Assembly: GCA_973895155.1 (NCBI GenBank)
Contig: OZ316897.1
Coordinates: 14,569,375 to 14,633,374, forward strand
DNA from: Marsupella aquatica
Lineage: Eukaryota; Plantae; Marchantiophyta
Length of the DNA: 64,000 nucleotides
Direction of reading: 5' to 3'
Made by a program: the position numbers and the translations under genes. The notes below the pieces were generated by a model. It did not search any database and was not told where the DNA came from. It saw only the letters and a list, made by a program, of their open reading frames with translations. Below, one piece after another: positions 10,027-21,325 of the stretch; position 1 is the stretch's first letter, and every line of letters begins with the position of its first letter.

Positions 10027-13000
10027 TGTCACCTGCTTATCAAACGATTTACACGACAAATACATATTTACTCCTACTAAAATTGTTTGTTATCGTATGA
10101 CGGGAACGTGGAGGGACGCTATTAGGATTCTATTGCATGTAGGATGAGTATGTTTATTTCCGCTCCCGGAAATGTAGTTTTTGATCAAGTCTACCGACTA
10201 GTCCCGCTGCTTTTGATCAAGTCCCATGGACTACGCCACACACACACACTCCTACTGGTCGTCGCTGGAGTGCTGTCACCACCCCTCCCTACTCACATGG
10301 TTGACCAAACCGTGCAAGGATTCCTTAGACGTTTCTTGGGGAAAGAACACAATCGTGAACCAGAAAAGGTAACACCACAACAAAACTTGAGGAATCAAAC
10401 CAAATCCATATCTTTTGGCAAAACGTCGTAACACATTGCAAGGACAACCCGGCCTCCTGCCGTCTGCCCAACTACTGCCTCACTGGGACAAGTGCTACAC
10501 CTCTACCTCACTACTCTGGCTTGATTCCCTCTTCTGGCTATGAGCTAACTCCCATAAGCAAACACTAGACTGAGTTCCCCCCCCACTACTACGGGGCTCT
10601 CCCCCTAAATACCAAAAAACACACAAAAGCACCCCTCCACAACGATGGCGGCTTACCCTAGCGGCGCCGCTAAACCCTTCACTAAGAAACCCCTAAACTA
10701 AAAGCATGCGGCACACACATGCTTCTAAAACCCTAAACCCTAAACTAACAATGGGGCCGATGGTGCCTTCGACGGCGCCCCAACATTACTCCGTGAACCG
10801 TGAAATTGCAAGGAACCCCACAATGGCCGAAACTAGGTGCCCTTCCACTTGCACTTCTGAGTTCACCCCTGGATAGCCCTCCTCCTCCTGATCATGAATC
10901 ACTCAACCGCTCTTGAAACGTACATTGGACAACCAAGTTATGGCCGTTTTAGTATCCCATAAACCCAACTTCGTCGGGCCCTAACTTACTCATCCTGGCT
11001 CCGTTTGAGGAGCGCCGCCCCTTGTTGGAATCAGCTCCGCGAGTTCTTTCCAACAAGCCCATGTGTGACCCCTCACAAAAAAGTTGGAAAGTCCAGGGGC
11101 CGTACAACCACGTCCGTACGACCACTCTAATCCTCCTCCTCTTCACTCACGGTGCCCTGGCTTGAGGCCCGTGAGTGGGCCTCCTCATCACTCTCCATTG
11201 GAGTGAGTGTCACTTCACTCCTCTTCTTCTTTACTGGGGTACTCCTTGTGCTAGTGCTCCCCTGTTTTCTCAAATTGGCCAAGGCCTGCCACGCCTTAAT
11301 GTACCCCTCACCAATGGTGTCCTTCCATAAGGCCGCCTCTTCACCGGACCGCAACTCCAACGGTAAAACCTGCCCGGTGGCCATGGGAGTCCCAGGGGTG
11401 AAAGATTGGGGTGGCATCCCCGGGGTCCCTGTGTTGACCTGAGCTTCTCGTAAAGATTGACGTACCTCCTTGAGCTTTTTCTCTAAGCTCTTGCTCTTCT
11501 CTTGACTCTTCTTGGCTGCATCCAACAGGGGTCCATACTTCCCACTGACTTCCTTCACCACCATCTCAATGGCCTTGGAGATCAAATCCGGGGAAAGTGT
11601 GGAGCTAGGTGTGCAGGGGCTCTTCCGTTTCCCCAGACTCAAGGCCTCACTCCTCTTAGCCCTTATCTCAAAGATCACCATTTGACTCCGTAGTGCTCCC
11701 ACCTGGGCTCTTAACTCCACCACTTCCCTAGAATTCTGCTTCTCTTTGGCCAATGCCTGTTTCAATACTCCAACCTCTTTCGCTTCCTTGGCCTTGGTGG
11801 ACAAGGCTCCCTTCAAGTTGGAGATCTCTACGTGAGCTGCTTGGAGAAGCTTAACCTTCTCATGAATGGCCTCCTCCTTGGCCTTGATCACCTCCTTCAT
11901 AGAAAGGGCACTCTGCTCCAAAGTCTCTACTCTGGCGGTGGCCTGCTTGAGAGAATCTCTCAATGCGTGGACTAGCTTGAGTCCCTCATGGACTCCCTCC
12001 CAGAAATCCCGTAACTCCGCCAGGTAGACATCAGGAATGTCATAGACTAGGGGCTCCTCCGGATTTCCCACAAGTGATTCAAGCCACTCCAATGTGGGGT
12101 CCTCATCCTGGTTTTCTTCCTCTCTATTATCATCCCCAACCGCTGACGATGATCCCACCGTTAGTTTCCCCAAGATGGTAGTGGCAATACTCCTGATTTC
12201 CGTGGTAAGGGATGATCCAGAGTCTTCCTGTCCCGGGGAAACAATCCACCCTTCTGCTCTGGCCAGCAAAAATGACCCCATCAAATGTACAGCCCCACCT
12301 GGTTTCACACTCCCGGGATCAGCGTCCAATAGCTTCTTCAACCCGTAGTACCACCATCCGTACACATGGGCTGGATAGTTCTTGATGTCCATAGCTACCA
12401 CGAAATGCTCTCCATTCACCACCCCAGATTGCACGTTACCAAGGACCCGTTGATGAACCTTGGCCAGAAATCCCTTGTGCTCAGCATCCTTGACAGCGGA
12501 AAGAGGAATGGAAGTAGTGGAGGTGGGATTAATCACCCAACCGGCCACCATTGTCAACATGAGCTCTCCCCTTATGTTCCGAGGTGTGAATGAGAATTGC
12601 TGGTTCTCCAGGAATAGAAGCTTAGCTAACTCCACATGGGGCACTACCTGTTGGAGACATTCAAAGTAGATTCCTTCCGTACGTAACTCCATCCCGGCCT
12701 CAATGTTCCAACTCTTGTCCGAAGGGATTCTAATCTCTACTCTCATGAAGTCGGTGAGCCCGGTGGCCTGGAACATAGCTTTGCAATCTTCCATCACCTT
12801 GGCAGAGGTCTTGGGGTAAATTCGATGGAAAACCTTCCTCATAACCGATGCGGGACTTGTTGCGGGTCCAGTGCTCATTGTAGCTTCTCTCTCTTCTCTC
12901 TCTCTTGCAATCAATGTCTCAACGTAGTCACGGTAAGCAGCCTTGTATCTCCAAATGCGTGTCGCACTAAACTCCGGTTGATCCAGCATCCATGCCTCCA

Positions 13001-14560
13001 AAATCAAATCCTCAATCACCAAATCCCGTCACCTGTAGCAATGTCAATTCCCTGGCCCAAAGCGGCCCCCGTATCCCGATCAATCAATTACTCTCAATTC
13101 CCTCACAAGCCACTCCGTGTTGCTGCCGCTATTGCCCGGAAGAATCACGCCACCAAGCCCCCACCAATCTACCATGAGAGGGAGAGCTTCAAAAATAATT
13201 AGAATGTGGAAAGAGCTCGGCAATGAGAGAACTTGCTTTCGGCAGAGTAAGAAGTCGCAAAGAGAAGGGAGGGAGAGAAAAAATCAAATACAAAGGAAAG
13301 GGAAGTAAACCCCTTTCTTCACCCTCCTCATTGAGTTTTTCTCCCAGCTCCCTTCACGCCATGCACCGCGGCTCGCGGCCCTATGAAGGGCTCGCGTATG
13401 CCGACACGCAGCCCTCCTCATCGATGTCCCCGCACCTCGCTGCAGGCGCCCAATCCTCCAAGGCCGGGGGAATTTAATTCCCCCCTACTCGTAGCCCCTC
13501 ATGCGGGCCCTTCCCACGGGAGCTTAATTGCCCCCCCCCACTTCGCGATCTGATCCTCCCGGCGCCGGCCGCGGCCCGGCTGCGCTGTGCCCCGGCTCGC
13601 CTCTCGCCCCAGCTCGCCTCGCCTGGGCTTGCCCACTCGCGGGCTCCTGCTGGCTCCGGCACCCCGCCCAGTACCTCCTTTACTTGCAGAGCCCCTCATG
13701 CGCCCTCGCCCCTCTGCGCTGCGCTTTCTCCCCCTCGCTGCTGCGTCTACTTGCGGCTGCGGTTGGTGGGCTCGCGGTCCTCCCTTCGTTCACTCGCGGG
13801 GCCCCTTTGAAGAGGGCTCCTTGAGAGGGGTTTAATGCCCCCCCCCCTCAACTCCTTCTCGCCATGCGCCCCGGCTGACCTCCGTGACCTGGCTTGCCTC
13901 ATGGAGATGCCAGGTGGCGTCCACAGGGGCTGCCCCTTATGGACCCCTTTACTCGCAGCCCTCATGCTCTCCCCCTCGCTGCGGCCCGACTGTCCTTTAA
14001 ATGGCACGTGGCCCTATGCAGGGCGCGCGCTCATCTTATTTTGGGGGGGAATTTTAACCCCTCCGGCTTGCCCCGTAGCGCCTGCTCACCCCGCTCGCGA
14101 TCTCACTTACGCCCCGGCCAAGCCTGCCACTCGCGGTGGCCCCTCAAATAGGGGATTTAATTTCCCCTACCTCCTCCTGCACGCGGCCCTATGAAGGGCT
14201 CGCGGCAGCCTCCTCTGTGTCCAGCCCAGCTCCGGCTGCCCAAAAAAAACTTCCCCCCTCTCACACTGCCGGGGTCACCTTTACTCTTGAAAAAAACTTC
14301 CTTGCTCCCGGTCCTGTTTTATTTCTTCTTCCCATCAACCTTGCTATTGAGGTCTCAAGAAAATAACAAGGAAATAATGGCCTAAGGGAAACGGGGTGTC
14401 CAATTAGACCGGCCCTATGAAGGTCCCAACATGCTTGCTTGGCGGGGAGCCTTAGGCATCCGATAATGATGGAATTAACAAAAAAACAAAAAAAACTTAT
14501 TTACAATGGTTATTTACATGGCACAACCTAGTAAACAATTATTGAGGATTTTCAGTGACA
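10027..14560 (-). repeat. Candidate 4.5-kb LTR (or LTR plus 3' internal region) of Gypsy element B
   Basis: Bounded by perfect TGTCAC...GTGACA termini. Ends 19 nt from the PBS and starts where element A gag-pro homology stops. No second copy in the window. Confidence 0.4.
11127..13175 (-). pseudogene. Retrotransposon accessory ORF (globular N-terminus, long coiled coil, acidic tail)
   Basis: 631-codon open frame. An in-frame ATG at 13175 is separated from it by three TGA codons, likely CGA deamination. Heptad-rich E/K/L/A region. Confidence 0.6.
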
Positions 14561-14699
14561 GGAGCCCCGTCACAATTTGGTACTCGAGTATACAAGCACG
14601 GCCATAGACAAGTACTGCCTTTCCAAATCCTTCTCCAGCTTGTCCCTTCCCAAGTTAGACTCCGCACATTCGAGTGGCTCATCCTCTCCATTATCCATC

Positions 14700-17209
14700 G
14701 TGTTTTCCCCTTCACAAGGAGCTAAGGAACGAGCACTCCGCCGATCCACTCTTTTCAGCGAAGTGCCATGTCATTTTCCGGACCTGGACTAGAGTCGGCA
14801 CTCTCAGTCCTCAACCCTTTTCTATTCCTCTCGTTCCCAAGTAAAACAGCTGGAAATTGAACCACCTCTTTCCCATCTTTGCTTTGAACCTTCACCATGA
14901 AGGTAGTAGCGTCCAGAACCTTCGTCTCCATTCTATAATGAACAGCATGTCCAGTATCACCGAAAATGACAAGTGCTCGTGAACAAAGATGTTACAAGCC
15001 TGCTTGACATTCCCAAACTTCACCATCACATTCGGACATCCGCCCCAAAGATAGTCCTTCATTGAACTCACTGAGTTCACACTCCAAAGTAACTCATTAT
15101 CCACCGGCCAATTCCCCTTTTGAAACACCTTTGGATCCATCAAGTTAATCTCCGAGCCTGTATCAATGAGTGCCCGCACCTTCCTTTCCATTCCTTCTAA
15201 TTGACACTCGCTCTCTGGACTCGCTCGAGCCCAGTATCCATCTCGATAAGCATAATCATTCCCTTTCATCGAGCCCATGACATGAATGGTCCTCGATTGA
15301 GCCGTAATGCCTTCTCGCTCTTTCCCTTCAGTCGGGTCCATGTTTGCCACGGACTCACCTCCGCTTCCTATTCCCATGAGCTCTTCTTCCGCATCAAAGA
15401 ACTCATCGTCCAAGTCCATGAGCCCCTCATCCGCGCCGAAGAACTCATCATCCAAAATCTCCTCTTCAAGGGACTTGACCCTTTTTGGTTTCCCCAAGTC
15501 TGACTCTTCGGGGTCAGCAAGCTTGCTACCTGAACCCATGGACACCCAAGCAGTGTAAGTTTGGAAACTCCCTATTTCCGTCTCGCCAGCCTCCCCCATC
15601 AAGGTGTGAGGGCCCTCTTTGTAAATTTGTTTCCTCTTGGATCTCTCCAAGATCGCTTCCTGGATCTCCCGCCTCATACTGCCAAAAAACTCGGCATTGA
15701 TAAACCCCTAAGCCTGTTGGCCCCAGAACTTCTTGGCTACAACCTCCGAGTACATAGCCTGGTCGACATCCCTGCCAAGCACCCAGCCCGGATCCTTCTT
15801 GACCGGCTTCCCTTTCTCCGGCTCTTTCTCGATCGTTTCCTCTTCTTTGAACCTAACCCTTCTAACCTTGTCTCGAGTATCTCGCCTCTCTCGTTCCCCT
15901 GATTGAGATGGAGTGTCATCCTCGTCGGTCTTCTTCCTTTTTGACTCGAACAAGGCATCCCAGCTAGCCCCAACCTCAATCGTTATCGCATTGATCAGCA
16001 CTGGATCACTCCATCCGGATCTCTCTCGCACCAGATCCGCCAAGCGCTTGTAAAATTTTTCCGTTTCCGTTGCGGGGCCATCCAACTCCACATTGTAAAC
16101 ATTCGCTTCCAAGTGCGAAGAGGACGCCTCTTTGACTCGCTTCCTAGCTCGCTTCTCAGCCAATGCCTTCATGCCTCCCTTGTTGGAGTTGAATGGGATC
16201 GGCTCCTCAGTATCGGCAAACAATATCTTTTTCTGACCAACCTCACCGATGAACTTGATCAGCCCTTTATCCGCAGCTTCCCTCAGGTCCAAGCACTCCC
16301 GTTTGTCATGCTCTTTGTTGTCGCACCACATGCATGGCCAACTCTGCATTTCTCGCTTCCGCTCGGGAGCACTTGCAACCCTCGGTTTTGGATTTTTGAC
16401 AGCATGTGCCGCCAAGATCTTCAGGTTCTGCATCATTTCCGTGAGATCATCCACCGATGGTTTGATCTCATCCTTCGCTGGTTCTTGCTTTTCTTTCCTC
16501 AATATCGGTTCCGATGGCCTTAGGTCGAGAGTGGTAGCCTCCTTGTCCAGCTCTCGCCGCCGGTGTCGATTGCTCACTTTCAACACCGCTTTCTCAACTT
16601 GGTTCCAGTCATTGGACAAGGTAACTCTCGAAGGTTCCAGCAGCTCCATTGTGTTCTCAAGCTCCTCTCAAAGGTCCTCATCGGCTGCCCTTAAGAAGAG
16701 CGTCAAGTGCTGCAACTCGATGATTCCCACATCCCGCTTCGGTAACTGAGACACCCTTCTCTTGAACTCCCTTAGAAGTTCTTGCGGCCCCTTCAACTTC
16801 TTGTTCCTGTCATTCACCCAATCCAAGAAGGTAACCTGCGTGACCCGATCAGCATCTTCCGCTTGGAACTCCTCTTTCATCTTCTGGTTGAAGTCATCCC
16901 AGCCCTCGGCTGACTCAACGATGGTCCGCACCGTCGAACTCAGCTCCTTCTCAACCAGCACCATGAACTCTTTCACCGCCGTCCCTTCGTCCAACTTGTA
17001 GACAGTTGCTTCTATCAAGTAAGACTTAAGGTAGCTTGTCACATTCCTCCCATCAAACTGGCCATTCTCTTTTAGAACCTCTTGGAGACACCGAGTAGTT
17101 CTATTTGCTTCCCTCTCGCCCTTTCCGCCTCAAGCTCTTCCTTCCTTATTGTTCTCATCATCGACATGACGATGGTTGAAATCCGATTGACTTTGTCATA
17201 GTCACCCAT
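14700..17209 (-). pseudogene. Gypsy element A gag-protease, disrupted
   Basis: GQFDGRNVTSYLK gag start, CMWCDNKEHDKREC knuckle, ALIDTGSEINLM aspartic protease; several stops and frameshifts. Confidence 0.85.
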
Positions 17210-17231
17210 CTCATCCAATCGCCCCAAGGAT

Positions 17232-17249
17232 TCCCCAGTATGGTCGCCA
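17232..17249 (-). promoter_or_regulatory. Primer-binding site (tRNA-Arg-like) of Gypsy element A
   Basis: TGGCGACCATACTGGGGA one base after the LTR end; resembles the Tat/Ogre-type TGGCGACTCCACTGGGGA. Confidence 0.75.
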
Positions 17250-17250
17250 A

Positions 17251-18139
17251 TGTCGCGAGGACTTAAAGTTAGGGGCTCCTTAGGCAAACTGCGCGTTTTT
17301 GGCTGCACCGGGACAGGCGACAAGCACTTTTTGGAGCAAACTCTCACTCCTTTATTTTTTTTACTTTTCTCACAAAGGTTACAATGGGTGCCCTCAAGTA
17401 ACTTGCCCGCAAGAGTCTGGTAGCTGGCCCTACGGCGAGCCGCTACCTCTAACTTGTCGAGCTGAACCCCTCGAGTGACTAACTACTCGAAATCTGACGG
17501 AAAAACCCTCCTCCTTAGCTCATAAAACCAAAACTTGACTAGCTACTCCACTAGTCTAAAACAGCTCACACGGAACTCGGGCCTGGACCAACGAGGCTCT
17601 AGACTTGAGAAATCCCCGCCTGGATCGACGAGGCTCCCGAACTTGAGAAATCCCCACCTGGATCGACGAGGCTCCCGAACTTGAGAAATCCCCGCCTAGA
17701 TCGACGAGGGTCCCCCGAACTTGAGAAAATCCTCGCCTGGATCGAAAACTCCACACCTGGATCCAACACTTGCCCGGAACTCCAAAATCGCCGCACAACA
17801 GTCGAGTTCCGCAGAACCGAGCGGAACTCACAGAACGCAACTCAACAGATCCCAATAAACAACCGCCAACCTCAATGAGCCGAGGCTCAAGTCTTAAGTA
17901 GTAACGGAAACCCAACCATCCAGCCTGAGCTAGCTGCCATCAGCGAGGCTCATCCAAACTTCAAGCCTGGTGACTCACCCAAACACCAAACCTGGTGACG
18001 ACGAGTCACCCAATCACCAAACCTCAATCCATCCAACCAAGCAGCCCCTCCGAGTCAGCATGCACGCAACCCAACCGGGAGGCCTTGCCCATCATTCCCT
18101 ATAAAAGTCATTCCTGAGCCGAAATCTTTCGGCACGACA
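17251..18139 (-). repeat. 5' LTR of Gypsy element A (889 bp)
   Basis: TGTCG...CGACA inverted termini next to the PBS; composition changes abruptly after 18139. Confidence 0.7.
17580..17765. repeat. Tandem ~38-bp repeat within LTR A
   Basis: About 4-5 copies of ACTTGAGAAATCCCCGCCTGGATCGACGAGGCTCCCGA. Confidence 0.9.
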
Positions 18140-19999
18140 ACTGCTCTATCCTAGTGATTCAGTACTCATTTGGCTAATTTAGGCATTGATTGAGTGTTTG
18201 TTGTTCTAAATGAGTTCAAGCATTGACTAGTCTTTGTCGGGCGGAGATAGTTGGTTTTAGAGCTTCTAGTCATCTCTCTCTATGTGACCCTCATGCAGTT
18301 TTCCTGGAGCTCTACTAGGCTTTTTGGTTTATGACTTAGTTGGGCTTTAGTGGTTTTGTCATTTGAGCTTTTGGGCTTTTTGCCTCCTTGGCTTTTGGAT
18401 CTCTGGTTTGAATCCCTGTTTTTTCCTTTGACTTTCCCAATTTATTAAGGATTTGGCCCTTGGGATCCTGTCTCCTGGTTAGGCGTTTTGTTCCTTTGTA
18501 GTTCTATATATACTAAGAGTAGTTCATTAGAACACAATCTGTAAACAGTCTAGCAAGGTCTTGAAAATATTGTCACTGGCCATAGGTGATCTAGCACGTT
18601 TTATTCTGAGAGTGACCTACTTGTCACACTGTGAGCAATGGCCAGGAGCAACTTGCTTGGTTCAATGAGCTTTGTTCAAACACACACAGCACCGTCCAGT
18701 GCTAAGTTGGAAACTAGTTGGCTTTTCCTTGAGCCAAAGCAAATTAAAGAAATTTTAGCCATGATGGAGATGGGGTTTTGTCCATCAGTCCCCATGGATT
18801 GTGTCTCACTTTACATCACAAATTAATTGAAATTGGCCAGCTGCTTTTGGAAGGACACTTCACTTTTACAAAAGGAGACCCCAAGCAGTTTCCAGACACC
18901 TTAACCTGCAATAAAATGCTAATTGACATGTGCATCTGGTTTTGGCAGACTTGTGTATTTATTTGGATAACTTTTCAATCTATGTTTAAGCTCACATTTC
19001 TCTATATCCCATCCATTACCTCACAGAGTTTGAGATTTCTTCTGGGATCATTTGCTCCATTGCCAATGAGTGGGAAATCATCAAATTATAAACCAACTGG
19101 CAACTCACGTTTCACTTTAGAGAAGGACATTTCACTGTTTGTGAAGGATACCTTAAGTAGTTTGTGCATGAGAAAAAACTTACCACTAGTACATAAAATA
19201 AAAAGTGGCTGTAGACTGTCAGGAGCCATTTTAGTAAAAAAATGTGTTGTGTTATCTGAGAATTTTGACGTTCGGTCTCTGTCCATCCGGGTGGGCTAAC
19301 ATCCAAGAAAAGGTATCATTAAAATGAGACAAATCAGTATTTTGTTTGGGTTTTTTGCTTTGAAAGTTCTTTTACTAGAGACTAGTTCTGAAACTCCTGT
19401 GCAATACACAAAGTTGTTGAGGTGAGGCAAGGAAGTTGTTGAGACAAGGAAGTGTCGTCACAGGTGTTGCTGACCCCCTTTAAAAACTGAAGCCTCCCCT
19501 CATTCTTCCCGCACCCTCCCTTCATATTGATTGTCTCCCCATTAGACAGTGCTAGATAAACAACATGTAAATAAGTATTGTGCATGCAGGTTTAGCCATG
19601 TCTAGAGTGCTCTTTAGACAGAACTTAAGAGGTTCATGTATCTCAATGGCACAATAAACTGCACAATGGAAACTTAAACAGAACACCTTTATTGTTCTCT
19701 CCGAGCTATTCACGTTCAAGAAATGGGTAGTCGGGGCTAGTCATAGATGTAGATGATGATGATTCTATATTCAAATTCAAATGATGGGTAGTTGAGGCTA
19801 GTCTTACTACATAATTGCAAACAGAAGTACTTTTAAGGGCTAAGGTCTAGAGTGAAGCCTCTATAGCATACTCCAATAAGGAAAAAATGTATGATCTTAT
19901 CTTACCATAAAAGCGTCAACTGAAGTCTACTTTTAAGAGCCTAGGTCTAGAGTGAAGTCAGTCACACCATTCTAGCTAGTGTTAGTGTTAGAGTGTATC

Positions 20000-20170
20000 C
20001 AGGAGGATCGCAAGCTTTCTGAGGAGTTCCAAATGAGAGGAGTTGATTTCCCATTGCCCTGTTCGGGATGGTGTGCAATCTCATAAAACTTGAATTGTCT
20101 GCACTGTCCACCTCCATTGGTCTTGGTAATGCTACTTTTGTAATTGTCCACCCCATACCATTGATGTACA
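20000..20170 (+). repeat. Dispersed repeat, second copy at ~38708-38850
   Basis: Shared GAGGAGTTCCAAATGAGAGGAGTTGATTTCCCATTGCCCTGTT block. Confidence 0.85.
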
Positions 20171-21138
20171 CCAATCACACTCACCGATGTTAATTAAGGA
20201 AGCGCTTTGACTAATAGTGCGGGCATTAACTAGGGTACCTGTTGTGTGCATAGCACTATTTGGAGAGTAACCTGGCCCCATAGCTTTCCCCTGTGCAATT
20301 CTCTGACACTAGAAATGCTCACCAAAGTCATACTACATGAAATGAACCCATGGCTTCAATGGGAGCCACTTAGTTGTTTCTTTGATCTTTAGTCATAGAA
20401 TTGACCACTAACCGAATGCCTGTCCTTGCACAGTCTTTGTGATAGTAGTGGTGCCTAAAGTATTGTTGAGCATGAGTGCAATGACCAGGCAGTCAAACAG
20501 TGTGGAGAGTCAATAAGTCAACCTGGCAACTGAATTTCAAAGAGTGTATAAGCTGTGAGGAGAGTGAGGGGTTGGGCGTGAAAAAGGTGCCTAGTGACAT
20601 CTTTATGTCAATCAAATGGTAAGGGAAAAAGGTCACATAATGCAATGGCAAGGGAGGCTTCCCGCTAGATTGTAGACACGAACGAGAAAGAATACTGGAA
20701 TTGCATATTATAGTGTTTAATTAGATTCCAAATTAGTTGAGCATCCATACTAAAAAGTCTAGCCTGTCCATATATATGGTGTCATATGTGGAGCGAAGAA
20801 TACAGGGTGGCAAGGAAAAGTGTTGGAGGGTGGCAAGTTCCCGCCCTTTTCTAGAGCATGGCTAGTCCAATCCCTTTACAAACACAAATAATCACATTTG
20901 ACGCCTCAAGGAATGGGAAGGCTCATCGAGAGTTCCCGTCCCAATTACGTGCTCTCAAACTCACTCACTCACACTCACTCACCCCTCCCCACAACCCATC
21001 CCACAGTTAGAATTGGAGTCAAGGTGAAGATTCTTAGGATTATTTTGATTTGAATTCCCAATTATACTTATAGTTTGACTATAATAGAGTTATTTGGCCT
21101 TTGTTTAGATTAGTATACTTAGGATCCACTTATTTTTA

Positions 21139-21325
21139 TGTTCACACACACACATATATAGTCATACACACACACACATATATATCTATGGAGACTAAGA
21201 TATATATGTGTGTGTGTGAACATATAGTCTAAGATGTCTATATAGTCTTATAGACATCATAGTCTATAAGACGTCTTATAGTCTAAGATGTCTATATATA
21301 TATGTGTCTATATATCTTAGTCTCC
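21139..21325. repeat. Nested palindromic (CA/TA)n microsatellite region
   Basis: TGTTCACACACACACATATATA...TATATATGTGTGTGTGTGAACA and GAGACTAAGATATATA...TATATATCTTAGTCTC arms. Confidence 0.8.

Noticed and set aside
13474-14385. Many short overlapping ORFs in GC-rich DNA (also 55530-56026)
   Set aside because: Low stop-codon frequency from high GC; no protein motifs.
17580-17765. CRISPR-like appearance of regular repeats (also 27100-27280, 40805-41075)
   Set aside because: Contiguous tandem units without unique spacers, in a eukaryotic context with no cas genes.
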